A stretch of DNA of 64,000 nucleotides, taken from assembly GCA_964016885.1 (NCBI GenBank), contig OZ024748.1, positions 21,638,001 through 21,702,000 on the forward strand. The letters run 5' to 3'. Of the stretch, positions 12,978-26,706 are shown one piece after another. Numbering within the stretch: position 1 is the stretch's first letter; each line of letters starts with the position of its first letter. Below the pieces are notes generated by a model. That model worked only from the letters and a program-made list of their open reading frames with translations. It searched no databases and was not told the DNA's origin. The stretch comes from Eledone cirrhosa (Eukaryota). The translations under genes and the position numbers were made by a program.

Positions 12978-13052
12978 TGGGTCGTCAAGTATGAAATTTG
13001 TAGAAATATGTAGGGAAAACAAATTTCTACAAATTTCATTCTTGACGACCCA
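12978..13052. repeat. Short hairpin insert between (TA)n tracts
   Basis: tgggtcgtcaag-t-atgaaatttgtagaaat / atttctacaaatttcat-t-cttgacgaccca. Confidence 0.8.
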
Positions 13053-13059
13053 GTATATG

Positions 13060-13104
<45 letters not shown>

Positions 13105-13383
13105 TCTTTTACTCTTTTACCTGTTGCAACCATCCGGATGAGGCCATGCTGGGGCACATAATATATGTATCTATATATATATATATATATAGATAATTTA
13201 ATATATCAGCTAACATAGGCGCACAGATGCACGTCCATGCCAGCAAATACACAGGTTATGTCATAATACCTAGGTGGTTCAATGCAGGAGGGTGCAGAAC
13301 AATAATATAAAAGACGTAAGATAAGAAAATATTTTTTTAAAAAAATTTAAAAAAATTTTTTTTACTTACTTACTTAAATTTTC

Positions 13384-13465
13384 ACTCCAACTAATTAGTT
13401 TCTGCAATGGGATAAAGACAGTTACGTAATCCAACTGTCGAGAATTCATTGCGTCATCAGGGAGT
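13384..13465 (-). ncRNA. Type I hammerhead ribozyme (family 5, inverted copy)
   Basis: Reverse complement of 14378-14459. Confidence 0.85.
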
Positions 13466-13819
13466 CTATTCTCAGCTGAGTCTCCAGGCAATGCGCGGAC
13501 ACTGGCGGCTCATATAAAAATAATAATAATTCGGTAGAAAGAACAGCTTGCGAGGACTGGATTCTAGCAAACCTGCCAAAACCACTTCTAAATTTTTTTT
13601 GGGGTGTTAGTAGGCGTCAGTCATCTTACCATCCCATTCCTTCTAACTAGCCTCTGTGTCACGTGATTGATTCTTTAGAATCGGCCATTTGACTAGAAGC
13701 AGTGAGAATTTCAGTACATAGAATCCAGTCCTCGCAAGCTGTTCTTTCTACCGAATTATTATTATTTTTATATGAGCCGCCAGTGTCCGCGCATTGCCTG
13801 GAGACTCAGCTGAGAATAG

Positions 13820-13901
13820 ACTCCCTGATGACGCAATGAATTCTCGACAGTTGGATTATGTAACTGTCTTTATCCCATTGCAGAAACTAATTAGTTGGAG
13901 T
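13820..13901 (+). ncRNA. Type I hammerhead ribozyme (family 5, unit 1)
   Basis: ACTCC-CTGATGA-C-GCAATG aattctc GACAGTT ggattatgt AACTGTC tttatcc CATTGC-A-GAAAC-TAATTA-GTT^GGAGT; predicted cleavage after 13896. Confidence 0.85.
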
Positions 13902-14377
13902 GAAAATTTAAGTAAGTAAGTAAAAAAAATTTTTTTTAATTTTTTTAAAAAAATATTTTCTTATCTTACGTCTTTTATATTATTGTTCTGCACCCTCCTG
14001 CATTGAACCACCTAGGTATTATGACATAACCTGTGTATTTGCTGGCATGGACGTGCATCTGTGCGCCTATGTTAGCTGATATATTAAATTATCTATATTT
14101 ATCTCCAAATCACTGATTTGTCGAGCAAACCTGCCAAAACCACTTCTAAATTTTTTTTGGGGTGTTAGTAGGCGTCAGTCATCTTACCATCCCATTCCTT
14201 CTAACTAGCCTCTGTGTCACGTGATTGATTCTTTAGAATCGGCCATTTGACTAGAAGCAGTGAGAATTTCAGTACATAGAATCCAGTCCTCGCAAGCTGT
14301 TCTTTCTACCGAATTATTATTATTTTTATATGAGCCGCCAGTGTCCGCGCATTGCCTGGAGACTCAGCTGAGAATAG

Positions 14378-14459
14378 ACTCCCTGATGACGCAATGAATT
14401 CTCGACAGTTGGATTACGTAACTGTCTTTATCCCATTGCAGAAACTAATTAGTTGGAGT
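14378..14459 (+). ncRNA. Type I hammerhead ribozyme (family 5, unit 2)
   Basis: Same motif 558 bp downstream; predicted cleavage after 14454. Confidence 0.85.
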
Positions 14460-14528
14460 GAAAATTTAAGTAAGTAAGTAAAAAAAAATTTTTTAAATTT
14501 TTTTAAAAAAATATTTTCTTATCTTACG

Positions 14529-14583
<55 letters not shown>

Positions 14584-14733
14584 GGTTTGTTGGTTCATCA
14601 CTGGATAGAATTGGTCATTCCGTATGGTCAATCTTGATGTAATATTATGGAGAGTACTCAACGTAGTGCAGTTCACCCGTCTTCGTTTGTGTAGTTGGTG
14701 GTGCTAATACGGAGTTAATTATTATGAATAAAA

Positions 14734-14917
14734 GGTCGGTGGATTGGCAGTATCGGTAGAGGGTCGGACTCCATGCTTTCCAGCATAGTTACGTCCCTTT
14801 GCGGTCTGAGTTCAAATCCCGCCGAGGTTAACTTTGCCTTTCATCCTTACGGGGTCGAGAAAATAAAGTACCTGTAATGTACTGGTTAATTGCTGGCCTT
14901 GTGCCAAAAGTAGAAAC
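14734..14917 (+). mobile_element. tRNA-derived SINE (Deu/Nin-like domain) with TSD
   Basis: A-box-like tggcagtatcgg, B-box gagttcaaatccc, gcctttcatccttacggggtcga; TSD aattattat(g/a)aataaaa. Confidence 0.85.
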
Positions 14918-14921
14918 AATT

Positions 14922-15168
14922 ATTATAAATAAAATAACAGGAGGCTGGACTGGTGTAAATCCTTGAAAAGTTTATTATACTATGATCATTTCAATGACCG
15001 GGTTCCGTATGAATCCGGTGATATCATCAGGTATTCGAAATATAACAAAGGAATATCACCGGATGATATCATCGGATTTATACGGAACCCGGTCATTGAA
15101 ATGATCATAGTATAATAAACTTTTCAAGGATTTACACCAGTCCAGCCTCCTGTTATTTTATTTATAAT
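14922..15168. mobile_element. Inverted-arm Penelope-like insert (about 110-bp arms)
   Basis: 14922-15032 versus 15058-15168 reverse complement; ends in (TA)n. Confidence 0.75.
14977..15034 (-). ncRNA. Type I hammerhead ribozyme motif (family 6)
   Basis: Minus strand: ATAC-CTGATGA-T-ATCACCGG attcatacggaac CCGGTCAT-T-GAAA-TGATCA-TA^GTAT; the + strand mirror copy has a mutated core (CGGATGA). Confidence 0.8.
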
Positions 15169-15175
15169 TATATAA

Positions 15176-15214
<39 letters not shown>

Positions 15215-15260
15215 TGGCTTCTACAGGACTAGAACTGTTTCATTCGCGAGAAATCATCAG

Positions 15261-15311
15261 GGCTTCCTGATGATTTCTCCCGAATGAAACAGTTCTAGTC
15301 CTGTAGAAGCC
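15261..15311 (+). ncRNA. Type I hammerhead ribozyme motif (family 7) inside a ~105-bp palindrome (about 15210-15317)
   Basis: GGCTTC-CTGATGA-T-TTC tccc GAA-T-GAAACAG ttctagtc CTGTA^GAAGCC; 6-bp helix I, 4-bp helix III. Confidence 0.8.
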
Positions 15312-15393
15312 ATTTCTATATTAAATATTTATACTCTGCTTTGTATTGAGTACCTTATTTACTGTGGTTACCTCCGATTGAACCCGAGATAAA

Positions 15394-15440
<47 letters not shown>

Positions 15441-15444
<4 letters not shown>

Positions 15445-15591
15445 GTTTCTACTTTAGGCACAAGGCCAGCAATTACTCAGTGCATTACTGGTACTTTATT
15501 TTATCGACCCCGTAAGGATGAAAGGCAAAGTCAACCTCGGCGGGATTTGAACTCAGATCGTAAAGGGACGTAACTATGCTGGAAAGCATGG
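15441..15591 (-). mobile_element. tRNA-derived SINE (Deu/Nin-like), 5'-truncated, within (TA)n
   Basis: Reverse complement of the 29436 family. Confidence 0.85.
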
Positions 15592-15821
15592 ATATATATA
15601 TATATATATATTGTCTGTGTGTGTGTATATATTGGATATATTACACTGCGTGCATGCCCCCCCCCCTCTCCGCCTTCTCCCAAATATTATTCACTTATAG
15701 GTTTTTTAGGTTTTAGTTTTATAAGATCCTGTTGCATTGTAAAGCTGACAAGTTCATAGGTTTCTACGACCACATTCGATTTTTTTTCCTAAGACGTATT
15801 TAATCCTACATCTATACTGTG

Positions 15822-15872
<51 letters not shown>

Positions 15873-16002
15873 CTTTAAGCATTTCCGTAGAAAAGGTAAA
15901 GGTAAAGGAAAGAAGAGTACTCTATGTATCGAACAGAGCTATTTAATTAGGTAATAAACAACACAATATAATTACTCCATTACCTATATATATATATGTG
16001 TA

Positions 16003-16059
<57 letters not shown>

Positions 16060-16078
16060 TGTATATATATATATACTG

Positions 16079-18777
<2,699 letters not shown>

Positions 18778-18852
18778 GAAGGAAATGTGGTAAGGAACCA
18801 GGTGGACCATAACGCACCAAAGTACTCAATACTTAGGGTAGTAGAGTGGGTA

Positions 18853-19068
<216 letters not shown>

Positions 19069-19314
19069 CAACAGCAGTGTGAGGTAAGCAGATTGTAAAA
19101 GCGACTTAGATGGTTTATTACGTGTAGTAGAAAAGTTATGTGATATGTAAGGTGATGTAGTTAGCTTGTTTATCTTCTTATGATTCACAGTTGTATAAAT
19201 AACATTACCAATTGTCTATAATTCTTACAGAATATAAACACATATGATAAATACAATTAGTTGTTGCTAGGAACCTCACAAATATGTAGTTAATTATTGT
19301 AAAAGTGGCTGGGC

Positions 19315-19685
19315 TGTTGAGTGAGAGTGTGAGATGTTATGATTAGTTGTGGAGTGAGAATGATATGTGTTAATTAGTTGTGGAGTGAGATGTGCTAATT
19401 AGTTGTCGAATGTGAGTGTGACGTGTTAATTAGTTAAGTGTGAGTGAGATGTGATCTGTTGTGGAGTGTGAGTAAGATGTATTAATTAATTGTGGAATGT
19501 GAGTGTAAGATATGATCTGTTGTGGAGTGTGAGTGAGACATGATAATTAGCCGTGGAGTGTAAGTGTGATGTGATCTGGTGTGGAGTATGAGTGAGATGT
19601 GTTAATTAGTAGTGGAGTGTGAGTGAAATATGTTAATTAGTTGTGGAGTGTGAGATGTGATCTGGTGTGGAGTATGAGTGAAATG
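19315..19685. repeat. Degenerate ~30-bp GT-rich minisatellite upstream of the USP start codon
   Basis: Repeated ttaattagttgtggagtgtgagtgagatgtg-like units. Confidence 0.75.
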
Positions 19686-20005
19686 TCTTTCAATGTGGCC
19701 AGGTGAAAACGAGGCTTTGACCCCAATGACACTGTTTGTAAAATGGAGTTGACGGTATTCGGTAAGAATTTCTTTTCACAGCCAAGTACTCCTGTGTTTG
19801 TTTTTAGTTACACGTCTGTTAGCAAAACATAAACATTCGTTTCAACATCAAATACAGTAATGTTAGTTTTACATATATTTCTTTAAATATTATGATTTTT
19901 AAATGCATTGTTGGTCGACTGAGTTCTGTTTGTGAGTTTAAATATTTATTGATGAAGATAACAACAGAATGTCTAGTAATTATAGACTGAAGTGTTCTCG
20001 TCAGA

Positions 20006-21028
20006 ATGTCAGCTAAAGTTTCTGCGAGTAATAAAAACCACAATAGCTGTATGGATGATAACCAACATAAAATTCAAAAATACAATATTGATTCTAACCA
20101 TCCTGTCGACACAATCAACAAACCTAACAAGAAAACAACAACTTCAAACGGTAAAAAGATACACCGCAAAACATCTTTTAAATATGTAAAAGAATTTGTG
20201 AGTCGTATTATGATGCGGCAAATTCAACTGTCGTCAACAACACCATTACAACCTTATGATAGAGATGAGATTGATTATAGTTGCGACACAAATCACAACC
20301 AGGAACACAAAAGATACTTTTCAAACTTAAATAGTAATAACGAGGAAGATAGTGCGATTCTTTCAGTTGCTGCTCTGACACAAGAAGAGATAAATACTTC
20401 TAGTATGCCAGCTTCTAAGTCTAACTATAGTAGTTCAACTGTTTCTAACAATGACCTATTATGTAATAATCCTACTACAATTATACCTATTACCGTAGCA
20501 GGAGATAGCAATAAGTATAATAATGAAAGCAGTTACTGTGAATCAACAATCCGCCCATTGGTTACTCACAGTGTAAATACCGATTTAAATATTCGCTATA
20601 TTAGACAGAATAGTAAACCTAAGATGCCTGTTTGGGATGATATAACACCTGGAACTGAAGGACTCAATAACCACGGCAACACCTGTTTTATGAATGCAGT
20701 ACTACAATGCATTAGCAATGCAAGTTTTCTTTCTGGCTATTTTGTTATGGGACATTACAAAGAAGAATTAAAAAACAACAAAAATAGTTGTAAAAAGTTC
20801 GGATCCAGCGGGGAAGTGACTGAACAATTAGGTATTTTATTACGAAGTATCTGGTCAGGTAAATACAACCCTGATGTTTCTTATGAATTTAAAACTGTTG
20901 TAGGGAAATATAATTCTCAATTCAAAGGATTTAATCAGCATGATGCACAAGAGTTTTTACTTTGGTTGTTGGATCAAGTACACGAAGATCTAAATTTACC
21001 TATTAAAAGGACTAAAACAAATCAACAG
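20006..21028 (+). CDS. USP31: Ubiquitin carboxyl-terminal hydrolase USP31/USP43-like, coding exon 1
   Basis: ATG at 20006; Cys box GLNNHGNTCFMNAVLQC; GEVTEQL; QHDAQEFLLWLLD; donor CAG|GTTAGT, phase 0 (341 codons). Confidence 0.9.
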
Positions 21029-21379
21029 GTTAGTAATATTTTTTTATTTATTTGCCTTTTTTAGTTTTATTAAATTTAACTGAGGTAATTACTGCCATTC
21101 TTATTTATATTATGTGTTTTTGATGTATTTTTGGTGAGTGCGTGTTTTATTTGTGTGGAGGTTCGGATGATAATGAACGGAAGTGACAGGTACTTAAAAG
21201 AAATCCACGATGATGGCTAAGACTTATTATCTTCCGGTATATATATTAATATTTACGTCTCTTTAAAATTAACATGTTTAATACATCGAAATAGAGAAAT
21301 ATTATAGCTAATTATTATATATTGCCAGTTAATAAATGATTTATATATATATAATATGGTGACTAATAAAGTAATTTAT

Positions 21380-21426
<47 letters not shown>

Positions 21427-21429
<3 letters not shown>

Positions 21430-21500
21430 GGTGTCCCAAAAAATGTATACACACTTCAACAGCATTCTCATAAATGTGTATATAATTTTTGGTCACCTTG
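21427..21500. mobile_element. Tiny Tc1/mariner-type MITE remnant
   Basis: Imperfect TIRs cacggtgtcccaaaaaatgtatacaca / tgtgtatataatttttggtcaccttg followed by TA. Confidence 0.5.
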
Positions 21501-23704
21501 TATATATATATAAATCACTAAATTACTTTAACGGTTACCATATTTTATTTATAATTAAAAGATGAAAAATTTGCTAAAGTATATAATTTATTTGTTTGTT
21601 GCTGAACATTTTATTCCAGTTAAATTTTGTAAAAATATATTTGCATAAGTATATTTATAAATTTACATAAGCAACTGAACAACAACAACAATAAATCAGT
21701 GAACACTAGCATTTCTTTCTAAAAGCAGAAACCTATTTATACAACCCCCTAAAAACACGAAAGGGGACGATAGCAACTTTGTTATTTATTCTACTTTTGG
21801 GGTCAAACAGTTCCCTCGAAATATGTAGATATTTCGGATACGTTTGAGATTTTGTTTATTTATTAAACAAACAACAAACATTGTGTGTTAAATTATAAAA
21901 ATATATACATAATATATAAAATTTTATTCACAGTTGTATAAACATTACAAATTGTTCATAAATCTTTCAGAATAACACATAATAAATGCAATTAACTGTT
22001 GCTAGGAACCTCACAAATATAACGCACCATTATAAAATGTTTAGTATTATTTACAAAAGAAACAAATCAAATGTTTAATAAAATAGTCAGAAAGAAGAAG
22101 GAGGGGGGAATAAAAAGAGATAAGATTTTGTTGTTTCTCAACATACTTTCATTATTATAGGTTTTAAAATTGTTTATTTTCGACTGTAAAATAAGAAAGC
22201 ACCTGCAATTCCTGCATTGCAGTGTTTAATTCACTCATACGTCTTATCTACTTTTATATTTTTTTATCTTAATATATTTGTTTTCTTTCTTAATATTATT
22301 GATTTGTCTCTTTTCACAGATCAATAAATATTATATAATTTAATTGGGGATATTTTTTTATAATTTATTTTTGTAAATATAAATCCAAAATACAATTTCA
22401 GTTTTATTCTGACAGTCGATATAAAATGTTACACTGTAGGAAATATTACAAAAAGCCTAAGTTTATTTCAATAGAATACCTAGACATATACACAATTTAA
22501 TAAATATAATACCTCTGCCCCCCCCCCCCCTCTCTATATATATATGTGTGTGTGTCTATGTATATTACACACTACGACACAGAATGCTTATATATAAAGA
22601 TAAAAACAATTTTAATATACTAAATCGTTCCAACGCAGTTATATCATTGTTATAGTTTTTCTTGATTAAGTCACCCCTGTGTCAAGAAGATTATTTTACT
22701 ATTTAATAAACAACATAGTTGTAGTTGTTTATTTAGTTTTAGGATTAATAACATTCCTGCCGAGACCATCTATATATTTCTGTATCTAGGACTGCATTAT
22801 TAAATTATTTGAAGGGGATATGAGGGTGGAGGATTTGACTGCTATTTCTAACAGATCGAGTGATTGCGTACAGATTCCCTCGTTGGTGTAAATTAGTATT
22901 TACCCCTCGGTCAGTCCTGATTGATTAGACCAGTGATCGAAGGTATTTCTAACATGACCATCTCGGCTTTTTTTATGTATTTTTTAATGTATTTAGGACT
23001 ACATTGTCCTTCTAATTTGTCTTCTCCCCCGCCACCTTTTTTAAAGCTAGTAGAATGATTAAAAAACGATTTGACTGCTACTTCTAGCAATTGCTGCGGC
23101 CTGTAACTTGCGGTTGTCTTTACAACCGGCAAACAGTGGTGCGATAAATCTTAAATATGGAAGGATATCGGAATTATAATCAAATAATTTCCTTATGTTG
23201 AAATGTGTAGATGGATTTAGGATATATATATTTTTTTTATTTTTTCATCTAGTTCCGTTCTTTAGATATCATAATTATTGAAATATAATCGATATTGTAA
23301 ATTCTTTCAGCTATCACCTCCGTCATTCCTCTTTGACACACAGTTAAGGCGCTGGCGATGCAAAAATAACCCGCATTGAATGGAAAAAAAATCTGTTGTG
23401 CATCACTAAAGTTGCTGATGTGTCGCATTGCTTTAAATATTTATCTGTCGTCTTCAATATATAAAGTTTTATTAAGAGAACGAAAATATTCTTTGAAAAA
23501 CAGAAATCTTCCATATTGAAAGTATTTATAATCGCAATTATTTTTTTTAACTCAAAATATGCATATAAGGAATAATTATACAGTAATAAACAACAAGAAA
23601 GAAAAAAATGGAGTGGGGGATAATTAGGAAGAGAAAGGTGAGAGATCGATCTGCACACTTAATCGCACACCTCAGTAAAAGTCGACGGAGCTTCCCTCTA
23701 ATAA

Positions 23705-24160
23705 TGTATTAAGGAAACCAAACACTCTTGCAGCATTGCTGCAAGTGATAGCGAGGCTAAGACACTGAAATAACTAAGCACCCTCACAGGCATCACCTGA
23801 TACTCCAGTAAGGTGAGCCGCTAATGACGACGAGAATTTTGTTGTCTGCAGCCCAGCTCTCCCAAACGTCTTAAACGCCACAGGCTGGAAAATATGGTTT
23901 ACCAATAATTCCTGGTATTTTAGAATTTTAATCTGTTTGGCCATGGTGGCAGTGACCCTCAAATTTGCTGCAGCATCCAGGATGTGGAAAGGAGAAAAAG
24001 GGTTGTTAACTGTGGCATCCCAAATGAGACATCTACTTCTTACCTAGGGGAAGAGGGTAAAACCATCTGGCCTCTTACCATCAACCCTGGACAATCCAGC
24101 TGGCTTCAGAATTAAGGGGATATTTACTGGGGTCAGGACTCATTTGATAATTAGATTTAG
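23705..24160 (-). pseudogene. Decayed restriction-like endonuclease domain of a CRE-like non-LTR retrotransposon
   Basis: LNLIIK*VL..IPLILKPAGLSRVDGKRPDGFTLFP*..LIWDAT..KY..FQPVAFKTFG..SGD..LSLAI..NAA with in-frame stops. Confidence 0.75.
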
Positions 24161-24411
24161 TTTGATCTAACAGGCATGAGTTGTAGTTGTACCCCTAATT
24201 CAAAGGGTTAGCTGGGGTCAAGACTCGCTTGATAATTAGGTTTAGTTTGATCTGACAGACATGAGTTGTAGTTTATCGACCCCATAAGAATGAAAGGTGT
24301 TTTTGATGGTGATAAAGACAGAGCATCTTATATCACAATGTCACTGATCTGTATTTCTCCTTAGCCACTTACTACTTACTGCAAGTTAAACATGATAAGA
24401 CAGTAAGCATG

Positions 24412-24920
24412 CACATACACGTACACCAGGTTCAAACACAGAGGAGCCAAACTCCCACTGTCATCGCCTCCATCTCCCTCCTCATCACATACACGTACAC
24501 CAGGTTCAAACACAGAGGAGCCAAACTCCCACTGTCATCGCCTCCATCTCCCTCCTCATCACATACACGTACACCAGGTTCAAACACAGAGGAGCCAAAT
24601 TCCCACTGTCATCGCCTCCATCTCCCTCCTCATCACATACACGTACACCAGGTTCAAACACAGAGGAGCCAAACTCCCACTGTCATCGCCTCCATCTCCC
24701 TCCTCATCACATACACGTACACCAGGTTCAAACACAGAGGAGCCAAACTCCCACTGTCATCGCCTCCATCTCCCTCCTCATCACATACACGTACACCAGG
24801 TTCAAACACAGAGGAGCCAAACTCCCACTGTCATCGCCTCCATCTCCCTCCTCATCACATACACGTACACCAGGTTCAAACACAGAGGAGCCAAACTCCC
24901 ACTGTCATCGCCTCCATCTC
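24412..24920. repeat. 74-bp tandem repeat, about 6.9 near-identical copies
   Basis: gtacaccagg recurs at 24421, 24495 and onward. Confidence 0.95.
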
Positions 24921-25463
24921 TCTCACCCTCCCCATCTCTCACTATTATGAGCAAGGGTCAGCCTTGTCAAAGACTGTCTTGTTGAATCTCACAGATACAG
25001 CCTGCTCAGTTCAATTATTGTGCAAGTGGCTAAGTATTCCATAGACACATGTACTCTTAGCCCTATTTCAATTTATTAATGAAGAATTTTGAGGGATTTA
25101 CTAAAATTATTATTTCATTACTCAGATAATGACTTAATGTAAGATTCTTATATAAAATTATGTTGCAAGATTCTAATTTGAATTGGAAACCTTTAAAATG
25201 GATGGATTTATTTCATAGAACTAGAGCTGGTTTGGTAACAAAAGGGTTAATGTAGTTCCCCAGTGAGATTCAACATGACCCAGTGTTTGACTAGACTGAC
25301 CCTTTGAACTCGAGGTACAACTACAACTCATCAGAGCCGACAGAAGTCCTGTGTATATATAGTGTTGTCATTGTGTTGGTCTATTCTGCTCATGTTCACA
25401 CATTGGCCAGATGGCCAAAGTAGTGATTCTAGACTACCTGGAGGTAGTATGAAATCAATTTAA

Positions 25464-25642
25464 CCCTTTAGTATTTACATTATTCTATATTTACTATTAT
25501 ATTTTCACGGTAAAGGCTTTATCTCACATAATATCGAAGCTATGAGATGAGAACAATACCTTAACATCAGTATGAGTGACGGTTACAGCTGGTTTGAATA
25601 GAAAGAGGTTAGAGAATTCCGGCCAGTTTAAATGCTAAAAGG
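25464..25642. mobile_element. piggyBac-type MITE family A (orientation B)
   Basis: TTAA TSD and TIRs. Confidence 0.8.
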
Positions 25643-26489
25643 TTAATGTCTGAAGAAAAACTGCCTCAAATAATGGGTGTATGTTAATCTGAAGTGTCTC
25701 TTGTCATTTCTTTGAAAGTGTTTCTAATTAACCCTTTCATTGCTATATTTCTAATGAAAAACACTGCTTATGGTTTTGAAAATTGTTGGGAATTTAGTGA
25801 GATTTAGTAATATAACTGTTTCATTATTAAACTGTTTTTCTTTTTTGGAGCATAACTTCATAAAGGTTCTTTTATGATGGAAGATTTTAATTAAAATATG
25901 AGCACTTAAAAAAAAGCAGTTTTGTGTCCTAAAACCACAGTCAGATTCGAGAGGGTTAGTATCAAATGGGTTACCTTTAAACCTCCATTATAATTTTAGG
26001 TAAGAGTCTTTGTTTGAATCACCAGTTTAATAATGAGAAAGTTAGATATATTTATAATTTGATTGTTATCAAAATAAATTGCAAAATAAATCATAGGGAG
26101 TATGTTTTGTGTATGTAAGGACACATAACTCCTGATGGATTTGTAGGGTCGTTGTAATGACATATGACATGTTTTGGGCATATTAAACCTGGCAGGACTC
26201 ATCCCCTCTCCAGGTCTGAACACAACTGATTTCTTCCAGAGAAGCGCAGAGAAAAGAAAGAATCTACCCCAGTACTGGGCTGGAACCTTTTTATTGCCCT
26301 CGAAATGATGACAGGCAAGGTTGACCTCAGGGAATGAAGAGCCCAAACAAAAAACGCAAAGCATTCCATCAGACATTCTAATGACTTTGCCAATGCGCTG
26401 TTTCATCTTTCATGTGGAAAGTGTTATAGTGTGATTTTTGCATGAATTCAACCTTAACAAAGGTTGTGCAATAACATTATTAAAATCAC

Positions 26490-26610
26490 AGCCCTTTATG
26501 TTCTGAATTCAAACCCCACCGAGGTTAACTTTGCCTTTCATCCTTACGGGGTCGATAAAATAAAGTACCAGTACATTTGCTGGCCTTGTGCCAAAAGTAG
26601 AAACAATTAT
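26490..26610 (+). mobile_element. tRNA-derived SINE (Deu/Nin-like), truncated
   Basis: gcctttcatccttacggggtcgataaaataaagtacc..agtagaaacaattatt. Confidence 0.8.
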
Positions 26611-26706
26611 TAAAGTAAACTACATATTTCTCCAAATGATATAGAGTTCTCTCACCATTTGTTGAATATTAAACTATACGATATATATATATATATATAT
26701 ATATAT

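Larger units (their letters stand above)
13187..14538 (+). mobile_element. Non-coding hammerhead retroelement (retrozyme or Penelope pLTR-like): inverted 380-bp arm plus 1.7 tandem 558-bp units, inserted in (TA)n
   Basis: 13567-14124 repeats from 14125 to about 14538; 13187-13566 is the reverse complement of 13719-14098; copies differ at only a few bases; no ORF of 60 aa or more; three hammerheads. Confidence 0.85.

Noticed and set aside
15058-15114. Plus-strand mirror of the 14977 hammerhead
   Set aside because: Core reads CGGATGA and the helix I 5' strand is truncated
19741-19790. Possible 5' UTR splice sites (ggtaag, tttcacag)
   Set aside because: Cannot be supported without transcript data
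21029-21064. ORF-track extensions past splice donors (also after 29413 and 56659)
   Set aside because: Intronic read-through; canonical donors and phase-compatible downstream exons exist
24409-25044. 211-aa repetitive ORF
   Set aside because: Product of the 74-bp tandem repeat cycling through frames
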